Assembly: GCA_964016885.1 (NCBI GenBank)
Contig: OZ024747.1
Span: forward strand, 23,994,001 to 24,058,000
Length of the DNA stretch: 64,000 nucleotides
Reading direction: 5' to 3'
Source: Eledone cirrhosa
Lineage: Eukaryota
Shown here: piece after piece, positions 12,224-24,180 of the stretch
How positions within the stretch are numbered: the first letter of the stretch is position 1
How the letters are laid out: the number at the start of each line of letters is the position of its first letter
Translations under genes and position numbers: made by a program
Notes under the pieces: generated by a model
What the model was told of the DNA's origin: nothing
Databases searched by the model: none
What the model saw: only the letters and a program-made list of their open reading frames with translations

Positions 12224-13240
12224 CACAACACTGCTCTACACAAGAGGTATCACAACACTGCTCTACACAAGATGTGTCACAACACTGCTCTACATAAGAT
12301 GTGTTACAACACTGCTCTACACAAGAGGTATCACAACACTGCTCTACACAAGAGGTATCACAACACTGCTCTACACAAGAGGTATCACAACACTGCTCAA
12401 CACAAGAGGTATCACAACACTGCTCAACACAAGAGGTATCACAACACTGCTCTACATAAGATGTGTCACAACACTGCTCTACATAAGATGTGTCACAACA
12501 CAGCTCTACACAAGATGTGTCACAACACAGCTCTACACAAGATGTGTCACAACACTGCTCTACACAAGATGTGTCACAACACTGCTCTACACAAGATGTG
12601 TCATAACACTGCTCTACACAAGATGTGTCATAACACTGCTCTACACAAGAGGTATCACAACACTGCTCTACACAAGAGGTATCACAACACTGCTCTACAT
12701 AAGATGTGTCACAACACTGCTCTACATAAGAGGTATCACAACACTGCTCTACACAAGAGGTATCACAACACTGCTCTACATAAGATGTGTCACAACACTG
12801 CTCTACATAAGATGTGTCACAACACAGCTCTACACAAGATGTGTCACAACACTGCTCTACACAAGAGGTGTCACAACACTGCTCTACACAAGATGTGTCA
12901 TAACACTGCTCTACATAAGAGGTATCACAACACTGCTCTACACAAGAGGTATCACAACACTGCTCTACATAAGATGTGTCACAACACTGCTCTACATAAG
13001 AGGTATCACAACACTGCTCTACACAAGAGGTATCACAACACTGCTCTACATAAGATGTGTCACAACACTGCTCTACATAAGATGTGTCACAACACAGCTC
13101 TACACAAGATGTGTGACAACACTGCTCTACACAAGAGGTGTCACAACACTGCTCTACACAAGATGTGTCATAACACTGCTCTACATAAGATGTGTCACAA
13201 CACAGCTATACACAAGATGTATCATAACAGCTCTACATAA
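12224..13240. repeat. 27-bp minisatellite (~38 copies) in PDIA4 intron 7
   Basis: Unit CACAACACTGCTCTACACAAG(ATGTGT/AGGTAT), with two main variants interleaved. Confidence 0.95.
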
Positions 13241-13461
13241 GGAAGTGAGAAAATGGTGACTTTCTCATATATTCCATACTTGGCATGGATTCTACAGCTG
13301 GATGCCTTTCCTAACACCTATAACTTTACAGTATAGACTGGGTGCATTTTATAATGGCATCAGCATTATAAAGGTTGTTTTGTCCTGAGCAAGACTAAAA
13401 AAAAGACTTCTCAACCCTATATGGTCTCAGTTCACAAGGGACACACACACAAGCAACTCAC

Positions 13462-13617
13462 CTGCATCTGAATATGTGGCCAGCAAAGGTGCATCTAAAC
13501 TGTTAAAAAAGCCAACAATGGTAATATCATTGTCTTTCATGTATTTCTGGAGTTCTTTGACAGATGTCTGCAGTTTCGAGGCCCCACCTTGTTGTGAGGT
13601 CATGTAGTTGACAATTC
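13462..13617 (-). CDS. PDIA4: PDIA4 exon 7
   Basis: gtccag|GA...GCAG|gtgagt. Encodes GIVNYMTSQQGGASK...VKELQKYMKDNDITIVGFFNSLDAPLLATYSDA; phase 1/1. Confidence 0.93.
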
Positions 13618-13986
13618 CTGGACAAAACAGAAAAATATATTTACAAATTTCATCAATTATTTTAATGACTAGTAAAGTTTATGATTAAATAGTTTCATTT
13701 CTAAAACATACAACTCTTCACTTAAAAACTGCTCATACTTATGACCATTATCATATGTCAATTACAGTTTACTAAGATAGCATTTTCATTAGATAATCAT
13801 CATTTTATGTCCTCCTTTCATGGGCATAGTTTCTATAGCTGGGTGCTCTTCCTAACACCAACCATTTTAAAGAGTGTACTGAATGCATTGTGTCGTAGCA
13901 CCAACACTACCACTTTACTGAGTGTACTGGGTATATTTTATGGCACATGCACTAACACTTTACATAGTGTACTAGGTGCATTTTAA

Positions 13987-14053
13987 CAAAGAACTCCAGA
14001 AATACATGAAAGACAATGATACTACAATTGTTGGCTTTTTTAACAGTTTAGAT
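13987..14053 (+). other. Inverted intronic copy of 67 nt of PDIA4 exon 7
   Basis: Reverse complement of 13493-13559 at 65/67 positions. Confidence 0.92.
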
Positions 14054-15084
14054 ATAGATGTATTCACTACCAGTTTAGAGAGTGTGCTGGGTACATTTTA
14101 TCAATGCACCAGCGTTAGCACTTTACATAGTGTACTGGATGCATTTTATCATGGCACCTGTACAAAGATTTTATAGAATGTACTGGATCTTTACAGATTT
14201 CTTTTTTCAGATAATTCATTTAATATAAAACTGATACTTGGTAACTTTTCATGCTCTCGTAGAGTATCACCTGTCTGGGAATTTTAAAGTCTAAGTCTAA
14301 ATATATTTTATGACCAGCTCAGTGGAAATGAACAAAACTAAAGCTAAATTATGAAATAAATAGAGATAGAAACTTAAATTAAATATAAATAGTTAGCTAT
14401 GTGAAACTTTTAAAATAGAGACTAGAAATACATTCTAGATTGAAAGATTCTATAATACAATTCAGAGAGAGTAAATAAATTTCAAATATAGGAAATATTA
14501 AAATATTTAAGCAAGATTGTTGTTAAGAATGAAATTACTGTGTTCTAAGTATAATATATTTATAATTATAAAATTAGATATTTCAATACATATAAAAGAT
14601 GAGTACGCAGTTAAGGTGATAATGCTGTTAGTTTTATTTTGTATTTACATTTAGTGTCCTTTATTATAACTGCTTAATAATAGCAAGCTCTCTTTTAGTT
14701 ATCCATGATATTGGGGTGTTCAGGTGTTTATTCGATAAGAGACAGTAGAGTATGGTTATATTAAAGAGTCAGGACAACTAGTTCTGGAGTCTGGAACTAG
14801 CTGTTGAAATGGCAAGAGCTCAGCCATCGGGGTCCTAACTCTTTATAATATATATGTATAATATATACATCTAACCCATGGTAGCATGGAAGATAGATGA
14901 TGATGATGAAATATATATAAGGGCAGTGGATTGGCGTAGTTTTTCAATTCATATAAGATTTTAGTTCTGTCACTCTATATTCTGAGTTAAAACTCAGCTA
15001 ATATTAGTTTTAACTTTTCCGTCTCTGACATCAATAAAATCAGTATCAGTAATACATTGAGATATGTTAATTCTCCTTCCTTAC

Positions 15085-15290
15085 CGTAGTCTTCTCTTGG
15101 TCCTTTATACTCAAAGTCTTTGCCAGCACGAAAAATCTTGAGACTTGGATAACCACTCACTTGATATCTTGATGCTGTAGTTGTTGCAACAGTAGCATCA
15201 ATTTTGGCAAGTGGTATAGGAGGAGTTTGGACAGCAAGTTTCTTGGCAGCTTTTTCAAATTCTGGAGCAAGGCGCTTGCAGTGGCCACAC
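15085..15290 (-). CDS. PDIA4: PDIA4 exon 6 (second catalytic domain)
   Basis: tttag|GTGT...TACG|gtaagg. Encodes [18 protein letters not shown]...LAKIDAT...[24 protein letters not shown]; phase 2/1. Confidence 0.95.
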
Positions 15291-15614
15291 CTAAATGAAA
15301 TCAATTTCAGATTAATAAAAGTGAGAGAACAGAGAGAATTTGTAACATTCATCCATTTACCAAAACCTTTTTTAATGTAAGTAGTGCTTATATTTACCCT
15401 CCATCATAATTCTATGCGGGAACCCTTGTTATGTTCCAAACATCAGCTTAATAATGAGACTTTAAATTCTTTGAAAATCATGGACTGTCTTTCATTAGAA
15501 ATATGGTAATGAAAGAGTGAAATAATTGTTTCTACTATTGGCACAAGGCCAGAAATTACCCAGTACATTACTGGTACTTTAAAGAGTGAAATAATAGAAG
15601 AAAATTATATTTAC

Positions 15615-15753
15615 CATGGTGCATAAAACTCCACAAGAGAAAGCTCATGTTTTTCTACAAAATCTGTAAAATTGCTGTCAGTCAAGGTAATCACAGCCTC
15701 TGGGGGAGGTTTCCAACTTGGGGCAGCTCGTTCCAACATATATTCCACAATAC
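15615..15753 (-). CDS. PDIA4: PDIA4 exon 5
   Basis: aaacag|GT...CCATG|gtaaat. Encodes GIVEYMLERAAPSWKPPPEAVITLTDSNFTDFV...LVEFYAPW; the WxPPPE linker is typical of ERp72. Confidence 0.95.
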
Positions 15754-17145
15754 CTGTTTAAGGAAATATGATATGTATATTAGATGGCAGTTTCTCTATT
15801 GCTTGTGTCACAGATAAGAGGAAGTATATCAACGAGGAAACATCTCATCATAGGTTTCTCAGGTGTTTTAATGATAGAGTCCTATCATGAAAAGCAATGT
15901 AAAATGAATTGTCTTGCTCAATACTCAACATGCTACCCAGTCCAAGAATCAAATTCATGACCTTATGATTGCGAGTCCAATGCTAAACCATGCACCTTCA
16001 CAAGAAAATATACGACATGTATGTTGATCCTGCCTCTGTTATAAGGAAGTTTACCAATAATTGTTTCTACATTTAGCACAAGGCCAACAATTATCCCAGT
16101 GTATTACTGGTGCTTTATTTTATTGACCCTGTAAGGATGAAAGGCAAAGTTAACCTTGGCGGGATTGGAACTCAGACCATAAAGGGCCGTAACTCTTTGC
16201 TGCAAAGCATGGTGCCAGAATGAAGTGGTAGTAGATTTATATCTTGCCCAATTACACCTCTCAAAGGCGATGACACAGGACCGAGACCTCTGATGCCACA
16301 CAGTAATACAGAAGACTCGACTTCCTATGGGTACAAGCTGAAGCTGAAGCATATAGACATTATGCCCCCACTGTAAAGTGGTCGTGTAGGTGTCATGACA
16401 AAAAAAAGCACCCAGTCCACACTGTAAAGTAGGCGCCATAGTAAAAAACACCCATACTCATTGTAAATGAGGTTGGTGTTAGGAAGGGCATCCAGCTGTA
16501 GAAATCAAGCCAAAATCAGTTCTGTATGAGCAAGACATGGTCACCTGACTTGGCATTGCCCACAACAGGATAACCCATTTAACCCATTCTAGCATGGAAG
16601 AATGGACGTAAAAGTAATGATGATGATGATAAACCAGCAGTGAGCTGAGATGTGAAAATACTGGACTACATTAACCAATATGTCCATTTTTTAATGACTT
16701 GAGGGAAATTTGTCTGCAGCTCAAGCAACCATGTAGGGGCTCGCTTTGTGGTTCGTATGTAATGCAAATTCAGAGATGAGAAATGGCGAGGAAACGGGGA
16801 CTTTACACTCTTGTCTGGACAGTATATCTCAGTTGTACCTCTTGGACTAAATGGCAAAATTGTCGCTGCAGAGAACAGCCAGTGATACAAACTGCATTAG
16901 TTATTCCACCTTGTGGGGCTCCCCTTTCATTTCAATGGCATATCACAGTTGTGCCCTGCATAAAGGATGGTAAAAGCACTGCTGCATCAGCCATTCCCCT
17001 TCACCCAAGGTTCCTTCCTCAGGCATAATGTCATCATCCCAATTTGTCTCAGTGATGACAAATCTTGGCAATCATGAACTTTAAACTCTGTTGCACATAA
17101 AATTTAACTTAAAAAAGCATTTATAAAAATGACATTTTTACATAC

Positions 17146-17228
17146 CTTCAGTTTCTCTTGGTCCTTCATATGGAAAAAATTTTCCATTTTTAAAGAATAT
17201 TAAAGTAGGGTATCCGTTCACCTCAAAT
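17146..17228 (-). CDS. PDIA4: PDIA4 exon 4
   Basis: tgtcag|A...GAAG|gtatg. Encodes FEVNGYPTLIFFKNGKFFPYEGPRETE; phase 2/1. Confidence 0.94.
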
Positions 17229-18165
17229 CTGACAGACAAAAAAAAAAAAAATAAAAAAAATAAAAATTACCAACGAAGCATTATTAATGGCAAATCTGCA
17301 GTTTGTGTGATAGAGTTGTTGTTGGGTTGTCTGTCCATAAAACAATGGTATCTAGTATCACTTACTTTCTCTAATCATTGTGTTTGTCTATATAGGACTT
17401 ACATCCAAACAAACATTTCACTTTCTGCCTGTGTCCTGTTCTCTCCTCTCTCTCTGCTCCTTACATGTTATGTTTGTCTATATAGGGCTTACGTCGAAAC
17501 GAACAATTTTCCTCTCACTTCACCTTCTGTACATAGCTTTTCTTCTTGACTAATATGTTGGGCTTTGTTTCTATCTCTTCTTCCCAGTTGCAGCACATTG
17601 GTTTGTAGCTAATTTTATTTATTTGTAAATAGTCGTTAAACCGAGCTCAAATCAGTTCAGTATGAACAAGACAAGGTTACCTGACCTGGAATTGCTCACA
17701 ACAGGACAACTCATCTAATCCATGCTTGCGTGGAAAAATGGACGATAAACATTGATGATAATATATATGCAGGCAGATGCATAAAGACAAACACACAGAC
17801 AAAATGGTGCTGCATGCATGGTTGGATGGTATGTTGGGTGGTTACCTGGGTATCCAAGCCAAGGCCCATAATATCTGGGAGAATTCAAGTTCTGTTCTTG
17901 GGATTGAAATCCCAACAGTTCATCAGGATATCCTTGACATGCCTGGAATTAATGATATGACAATGTTTAATTTCACATGCCACCTACCAAATACTGCTCT
18001 CTGGAGACTGCTGTTTGAAATCAGTCTATATCAAAGCAGTTTATATCAAACCATTTCAAATGAGTATGTGTCAAATTTCATAGAAAAAGGCAGTTTTGTG
18101 TTGGCTGTCTGAGTGTTACCTGCTTAAACTAATTTCCGAAAGAAGAGTTGAAAAGAAGGAACTAC

Positions 18166-18288
18166 CTGGAACTTAAATCAGATTCTACAGTGGAATCAAC
18201 TTTGGCCAGTGATACTTTAGGAGTTGTAGTCTTCAACTTTTTGGCAGCATCGGCATAGGCTGGTGCCAGTCTTTTACAGTGACCACAC
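18166..18288 (-). CDS. PDIA4: PDIA4 exon 3 (first catalytic domain)
   Basis: ttcag|GTGT...CCAG|gtagt. Encodes [18 protein letters not shown]...LAKVDSTVESDLSSR; phase 2/2. Confidence 0.95.
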
Positions 18289-18789
18289 CTGAAGACAGAA
18301 ATCACAATGTAATGTAATACAGGAAAAAAAAAGGTTATTGGGGTTTGTAGAACAGTAATATGAGAGGGGGTAAAAAAAATAGAGCCAGGGTTGACTGAGG
18401 GCAGAGGTTTAAGTGGAGTGGAATTATAGAGTATAGAGGTGTAGTGGAGGAAGAGTTTGGTTAAAGGTGGGTGAGGGTAAGGTAGAGATGAAGACAGAAG
18501 AGGGTGAGGGTAAGGCAGAGTTAGGGATAGAGGTGGGATGGGCACAGAAGTGGAGTGAAGTTAAGGTAGAGATGGGGATAGCGGTAGGGTGAGGGCAAGT
18601 TAGGGGTGGGGACAGAGGTGGAATAATGGTAAGGTAGAGGCAGAAGTGGAGGTGAGAGAGGAAAGCAGGGGTGGGGACAAAGCAACAAAGTGTATATGTA
18701 GCACAAAAATAATTTGATGTATATATATATATATATATTGAAAGTGGATTCAAGTCATATATAGAGAAGAGGCTGAAATATAGTGTCCA

Positions 18790-19420
18790 TAGGCTTTGCT
18801 ATGCGACAGGCACTTTGACATCACAGATATTGTAATATCATAGAGAGTACAGTATTATAGCCACTGCGATATCAGACACTACAACATCAAACATTATCAT
18901 ACAGTCACTGTGACCTCATAGACACTGCAACATCACAGACATTGTGATATTATAGACACTGTGACCTCATAGACACTGCAACATCACAGACATTGTGATA
19001 TTATAGACACTGTGACCTCAGAAACTGTCATGTCATAGCCAATGCAAAATCAGTCACTACATCAGTCATTGTGATATAGTCACTGCGACCTTATAGTCAC
19101 TGTGGCCTTATAAACACCATGATATTATTGCTACTGCAACATCACAGATATAGTTCCTGTGACCTTATAGACACCGTGATGTCATAGCCACTGGGACATC
19201 ACAGACAGTGTGATATTGTAGTCACTGTGATGTCATAGACACAACATCACAGACACTATAACATCATAGACAGTGATATTGCAGCATCAGACAGTGATAT
19301 TATAGCCATAGTGATATCACAGACACTGCAACATCACAGACAGAGTGATATTATAGCCACAGTGATATCACAGACACTGCAACATCACACACACTGCGAT
19401 ATCATAGGCAATGTGACCAA
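18790..19420. repeat. Degenerate ~17-bp minisatellite with 51-bp higher-order unit in PDIA4 intron 2
   Basis: Units such as CATCACAGACACTGCAA, TATTATAGACACTGTGA and CCTCATAGACACTGCAA; a 51-bp block is exactly duplicated at ~18906-19018. Confidence 0.8.
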
Positions 19421-19457
19421 TAAGGGAAAACTATTTATTAATAAATGTAAAACTTAC

Positions 19458-19566
19458 CATGGTGCATAAAATTCCACAAGAACTGTATCTCTGGAGTAAA
19501 TGACATCATCAAAGTTGTTATTATTTAAGACCAATACATTATCTTCCTCAACTGGTTCATCACTAT
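19458..19566 (-). CDS. PDIA4: PDIA4 exon 2
   Basis: ctgtag|AT...CCATG|gtaagt. Encodes DSDEPVEEDNVLVLNNNNFDDVIYSRDTVLVEFYAPW; phase 1/2. Confidence 0.94.
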
Positions 19567-19825
19567 CTACAGTCAAATATAAATACTCAGTTGTTATCAA
19601 TGGATTGTGTGTTGCAGATATTAACACATTTTTTGTCTTGATCCTAATTTGAATTAATCAATTAATTTACTAAAGTTATTGTTTCATTAATATGCTATTT
19701 AAAACATAACAAATGGTTCTTATATTATATTTTGTTGAAAAATTTAAATACAAACTTTTTAAAATAGATGGTTTTATTTCATTGAACCAGTGGCAGTTTT
19801 GGGGCAGGTTGGTACCAAAAGGGTT

Positions 19826-21886
19826 TGTAGCGGTTGTCTCCCTTGTTTTGATTAGGATCTAGACGGGAGGTGGAACCCTTTCTGCAACTTCCGGTCAGAG
19901 CCCTATAAAACTAACAACTTTAAGCTTCCTTTCTCTCTTTGCCTTTTCGGCACCAGGTCAAGAGTCTTCTCATTTGGCTCTGCCATTAATTTGGCCAACA
20001 GGCGCCCTCTGCCAGCCGCGTTTGCCTGGCAATCAAAACGGTAACTACTAACTTTGTTTCATTCTAACATCTATATTTCACATGTCAAGTATACTATCTA
20101 CCGTTAATTAAATATTATATACACAAACCATGTCTCGTTTTGTTACATTCATACAACCAGTATCCTCGCTATATTGGTAACCCTGACGTGATACGAACAC
20201 GCAGCCGTTCATCGCTATAAGTGGTCACCCCCAAAAAAAGAAAAAAATAGCACATCTGGTTTTGTGAGTAACATTACGAATACACAGCAAATTTAGCGAC
20301 AAACTATGAAAATACTCAAGGACACGCACACACGCACATGTGGAATTCGCACAGACATACTTTTTCTCTCGCGCATCAATTAACTGTCGCATTTCACGAT
20401 ATATATATATGTTTCTCGTTTCTTACAACGAACTCTTTCAAAACACAAAAAAAAAAAGAAATTTGATATTCTTTAAAAAACATTTCAACAGGAACATTTA
20501 TTTTCGATGAACCATTGCCTTTTGTTCTTCGTTTTCTTCATCGTTCAAGTTTTTTGTTTTTTTTCCAAAGTTCACACCTATAATTATGCTGATTGAAGCC
20601 TTTCTTTTTCATCATTGTCACTTTCAAAATTGCACTATCATTTTCTCGCGCGTTAGAAATATTTTTTTTTTTTCCAACCTTGTATTGGCACGTGTAGGCA
20701 GCATAAATTCTCGATTCACTGAGATGTCTCTACTCACAGACAGCCGCACGCCATTTATCACCAGGGATTCTTCAGCCTTAAGCTATATTCTTCTATTTGC
20801 CGGTTTATAAATTTACAATGTAAATTTACCGTTGATAACCGCGCATTTATTAAGAATGCTTATTTCTCTGGTCGCTGGCCTCTTGACCCTTCCAGGTCAA
20901 CGCATTCTCAACATCGACCATCAACTTCGGCTGCTATTTCTAGCACTTTGTGCAACTCATTTTTTTCTAAAAAAAAATTTTTTTACTGTGAATTTAAACA
21001 CCGAATACGCTCACTCAGCGAGACAACAGCGGCAGCAACAGCAATATAACAGCAACAGCAATACATCAATACAGCTTCACCAAAGCCAGAGAATTCATTT
21101 TTGCAGCACTCTTCCTGTGAGAAAATCCATTCGGAGGTTGGAAATTTCACGATATACCACAGAACAGAAACCACCTGCATTCATTCTCTGGAACACACTT
21201 TCTTTCCTGCTGTCATGTGATTGCACACCTGTGAACTATATTTTGAACTTTGAGCTCTTCTATTACTTTTACTTTATTACATTGTATCTTTGGGTGATGG
21301 ATAGATGGATGTCCAGTCGTTCTCTGGCCAAGAGCGGTTGGCTACCTTGATATCTATCATTGATTTTTCCAAACATTCTTTTGTCGTAATTTTCATGCCT
21401 GTTACAACATTCTCGCCAACTTGCTACATATTTTCATTTCGATTTTTATACACTAAAATTCTGGCGGGAGGTTATGTAGCGGTTGTCTCCCTTGTTTTGA
21501 TTAGGATCTAGACGGGAGGTGGAACCCTTTCTGCAACTTCCGGTCAGAGCCCTATAAAACTAACAACTTTAAGCTTCCTTTCTCTCTTTGCCTTTTCGGC
21601 ACCAGGTCAAGAGTCTTCTCATTTGGCTCTGCCATTAATTTAGCCAACAGGCGCCTGGCCTTAGCCAGGCGCCCTCTGCCAGCCGCGTTTGCCTGGCAAT
21701 CAAAACGGTAACTACTAACTTTGTTTCATTCTAACATCTATATTTCACATGTCAAGTATACTATCTACCGTTAATTAAATATTATATACACAAACCATGT
21801 CTCGTTTTGTTACATTCATACAACCAGTATCCTCGCTATATTGGTGACCCTGACGTGATACGAACACGCAGCCGTTCATCGCTATA
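19826..21886 (+). mobile_element. Young non-autonomous LTR retroelement (Gypsy-like termini) in PDIA4 intron 1
   Basis: Direct repeats 19826-20219 (394 bp) and 21475-21886 (412 bp) with termini TGTAGCG...CGCTATA. 4-bp TSD GGTT on both sides. Degenerate PBS TGGTCACCCCC after the 5' LTR; purine tract GGCGGGAGG before the 3' LTR. The 1255-bp interior has no gag/pol motifs. Confidence 0.92.
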
Positions 21887-22331
21887 GGTTAATACAGATT
21901 TCAAAGCAGAGATATTAGGTTTAATACTAGTTGATAGTATCATGATAATGTTTTTCACAAGAGTGTTTATGGTATAATTTTGAACTTGGATTTCGGTTGA
22001 ACAGAAATGACAGAACTACTCAACAAAAAAATGAGTGTTACTCATCAACAGTAGAAATGAATGTTACTAAACAAGAACAGAAATAATTGTTTCTAATTAA
22101 TTACCTAATTGAAAGTGCTACTCAAGAACAACAGAAATGGCCATGCTACTCAACTACATAAATGACAGTGCTACTCAACTACAGAAGTGATATTGCTACT
22201 CAAAAACAACAGCAGAACTGAGTGATATTCCTCCTCTACAAGTTTCAGTAATATACTTGTAGTTTAAGTATCTAGTCTATTGCTTATACAATACTATAGC
22301 ATCAAGTTTGTCAACTTAATTCCACCTATAC

Positions 22332-22567
22332 TTAACCCTCTTGATACCAAACTGTGTTGAACAGTCCCTGGTTATATTTTAAAGAGTTTATATATATTTA
22401 TAAGCCTTCCATCATAATTTTGTGTAAGAACCTATGTTATGTTTCAAACAACTTAATGATAAAGTTAGTTATGTTACAAAATTCCTCGAAATTCCTGATT
22501 ACTTTCAAAATTAATTGAAAACCATAGGCAATATCTTTCAATAGAAATATGTTAACGAAAGGGTTAA
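22332..22567. mobile_element. piggyBac-like MITE (TTAA-CCCT...AGGG-TTAA)
   Basis: Termini TTAACCCTC and GAAAGGGTTAA. Related ~230-bp copies at ~5118-5400, 11310-11560, 15350-15520 and 59085-59313, plus one whose terminus is split by the LTR element at 19825. Confidence 0.65.
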
Positions 22568-23866
22568 AGCAAATTACTAAATTTGCCCTTGTTTATGTCT
22601 CCCTGGTTAACTTCTGTTTAGTGGTAGTTCCCAAAAGCTGGCCAATGGCATTTCTGTGAACTCTGGCATTCTTAAAAATAAGAAGTTGTTTAAAAGACTA
22701 CTATAAGACACACCACATCTGGTTATTATTCTTTTGTAATTTTGAATAAAAAACAATAATAAAGTAGAAAACTATAAACTATAGTAGTGAGTGTACAAGG
22801 TTCTAGTGTGATAGTTGTGTAATCGAACCGATGACCTACAAAAGTCTGATGACTCAGTAAACGTGAAGAGTATTAATTCAATTTATTTTCTAATTTGCTT
22901 GCTTCAAATGAAAACAAGAAGGAGGAAATAAATATAAAAGTATCGAGACAATGAAATTATGTTTGCATTGTTCTTTACATTGCTTATAATGTCTGTCGGT
23001 CAGTCACAACTTGTGGTTACAGTGTCACCGCTTCTCCGGCGGCTGGAGATGGAATGTGAACCCAGAGTGCACCGAATCGGAACAGATAATGCAAAGAACT
23101 AGTCAGACTATTTAACAATTCCGCCAATTCACTTCCCTCTAGACTGGTACTTTATTTTCTCAACCCCAAAAGAATGAAAAGCAAAGCTGATCAGGCGTGA
23201 TTTGAAGTAAGAACGCAGAGCCGGTACAAATACCGATACATTTAAAGTAGCACTCTACTTAGAGCAAACTGCTAAAAGCAAATACGAAACTGACTTGTTC
23301 TTTGAAATAAATGAAAACCACTTTTTGCGATGAGATTGTGAAGTAATGTGAAGGGGTGGGTGTGTTTGTAGTGAGACTACTGCATCAATCATCAGTGTCC
23401 ACATAGCGAGTAGCTGAGACAAAACAACATTCGACGTTTCTCTCTTAAATAAATTTTTTTTTTCACTGAGTTAATTTTCTAAACAGCCGTTGGTAGATGT
23501 TGCACAAGTGTCTAGGCTGAGAGCTATTCTATAGCAGACTAGGTCTTTTCAACCATGTCCGTTATAAGCATAACAACAATAACTGAATATAGAAAAGTAA
23601 TCAATGCTCGAAATGGAATTGGCGCCGACGAGTTTTTTAAATTCAATAAAAATAAAAGCAATTAACAAAAAAATTAAACGAAAGAAAATCAGGATTGTAT
23701 CTGCAATTCTGCAAGACTAACTACGAGAATTTCTGTATAATGTGAGTTAATAAAACTGTAGAAAACTTCCCAAGACATGTTTAGGAATGTATGAGACATA
23801 GCTTTATGTGTTTATCTATCTGAGATGCGTGAAAATATATGAATAATAGCATTCTGCACCACATAC

Positions 23867-23987
23867 CGTCATCCGCGGCTTCATCTGCTTCGTGAGCTTC
23901 TTCCCCATAACATCTAAATTCAATTAGTTGACTAATTAAAGCCAAAACAACAAGCCAGTAGCTTAATTTACGCCCAAACACTGCCAT
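23867..23987 (-). CDS. PDIA4: PDIA4 exon 1 coding part (signal peptide plus short acidic stretch)
   Basis: gcATGG start; MAVFGRKLSYWLVVLALISQLIEFRCYG-EEAHEADEAADD; donor G|gtatgt. Phase 1 joins exon 2 in frame, and the total CDS is 1893 nt. Confidence 0.9.
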
Positions 23988-24180
23988 GCTTTATGAACTC
24001 TTTAGTGTTTCTAAAGAAAAAGGTAGAATTTAAGACATTCCGACCGCATTACCGGTTTTCCTTCGGATAACTTTACGTTAGAAAAAGTACCACAAATGGA
24101 ATAAATGAAAAACAACGTGTTTAAAAGATCAGCGAATCTATTTAGAGCTTTTTAAAAACATAAACATTAATAATATGTAA

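Noticed and set aside
12272-13240. 322-aa ORF of HNTALHKMC/RY repeats
   Set aside because: It is the translation of a 27-bp intronic minisatellite antisense to PDIA4. The sister array has a 28-bp unit, so frame is not conserved.
12224-13240. CRISPR-like array
   Set aside because: The units are contiguous with no unique spacers, there are no cas genes, and the context is a eukaryotic intron.
13976-14176. ORF containing PDIA4-like KELQKYMKDND as an alternative exon or paralogue
   Set aside because: It is on the opposite strand to PDIA4, only 67 nt match, and there are no splice sites. It is reported instead as an inverted copy.
20175-20206. tRNA-Trp gene
   Set aside because: Only the 3' ~32 nt are present, including encoded CCA; there is no D arm or anticodon arm.
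20832-21350. 172-aa ORF inside the LTR element as gag or env
   Set aside because: Non-ATG start, low-complexity CAG/CAA content, and no zinc knuckle, protease, RT or integrase motifs.
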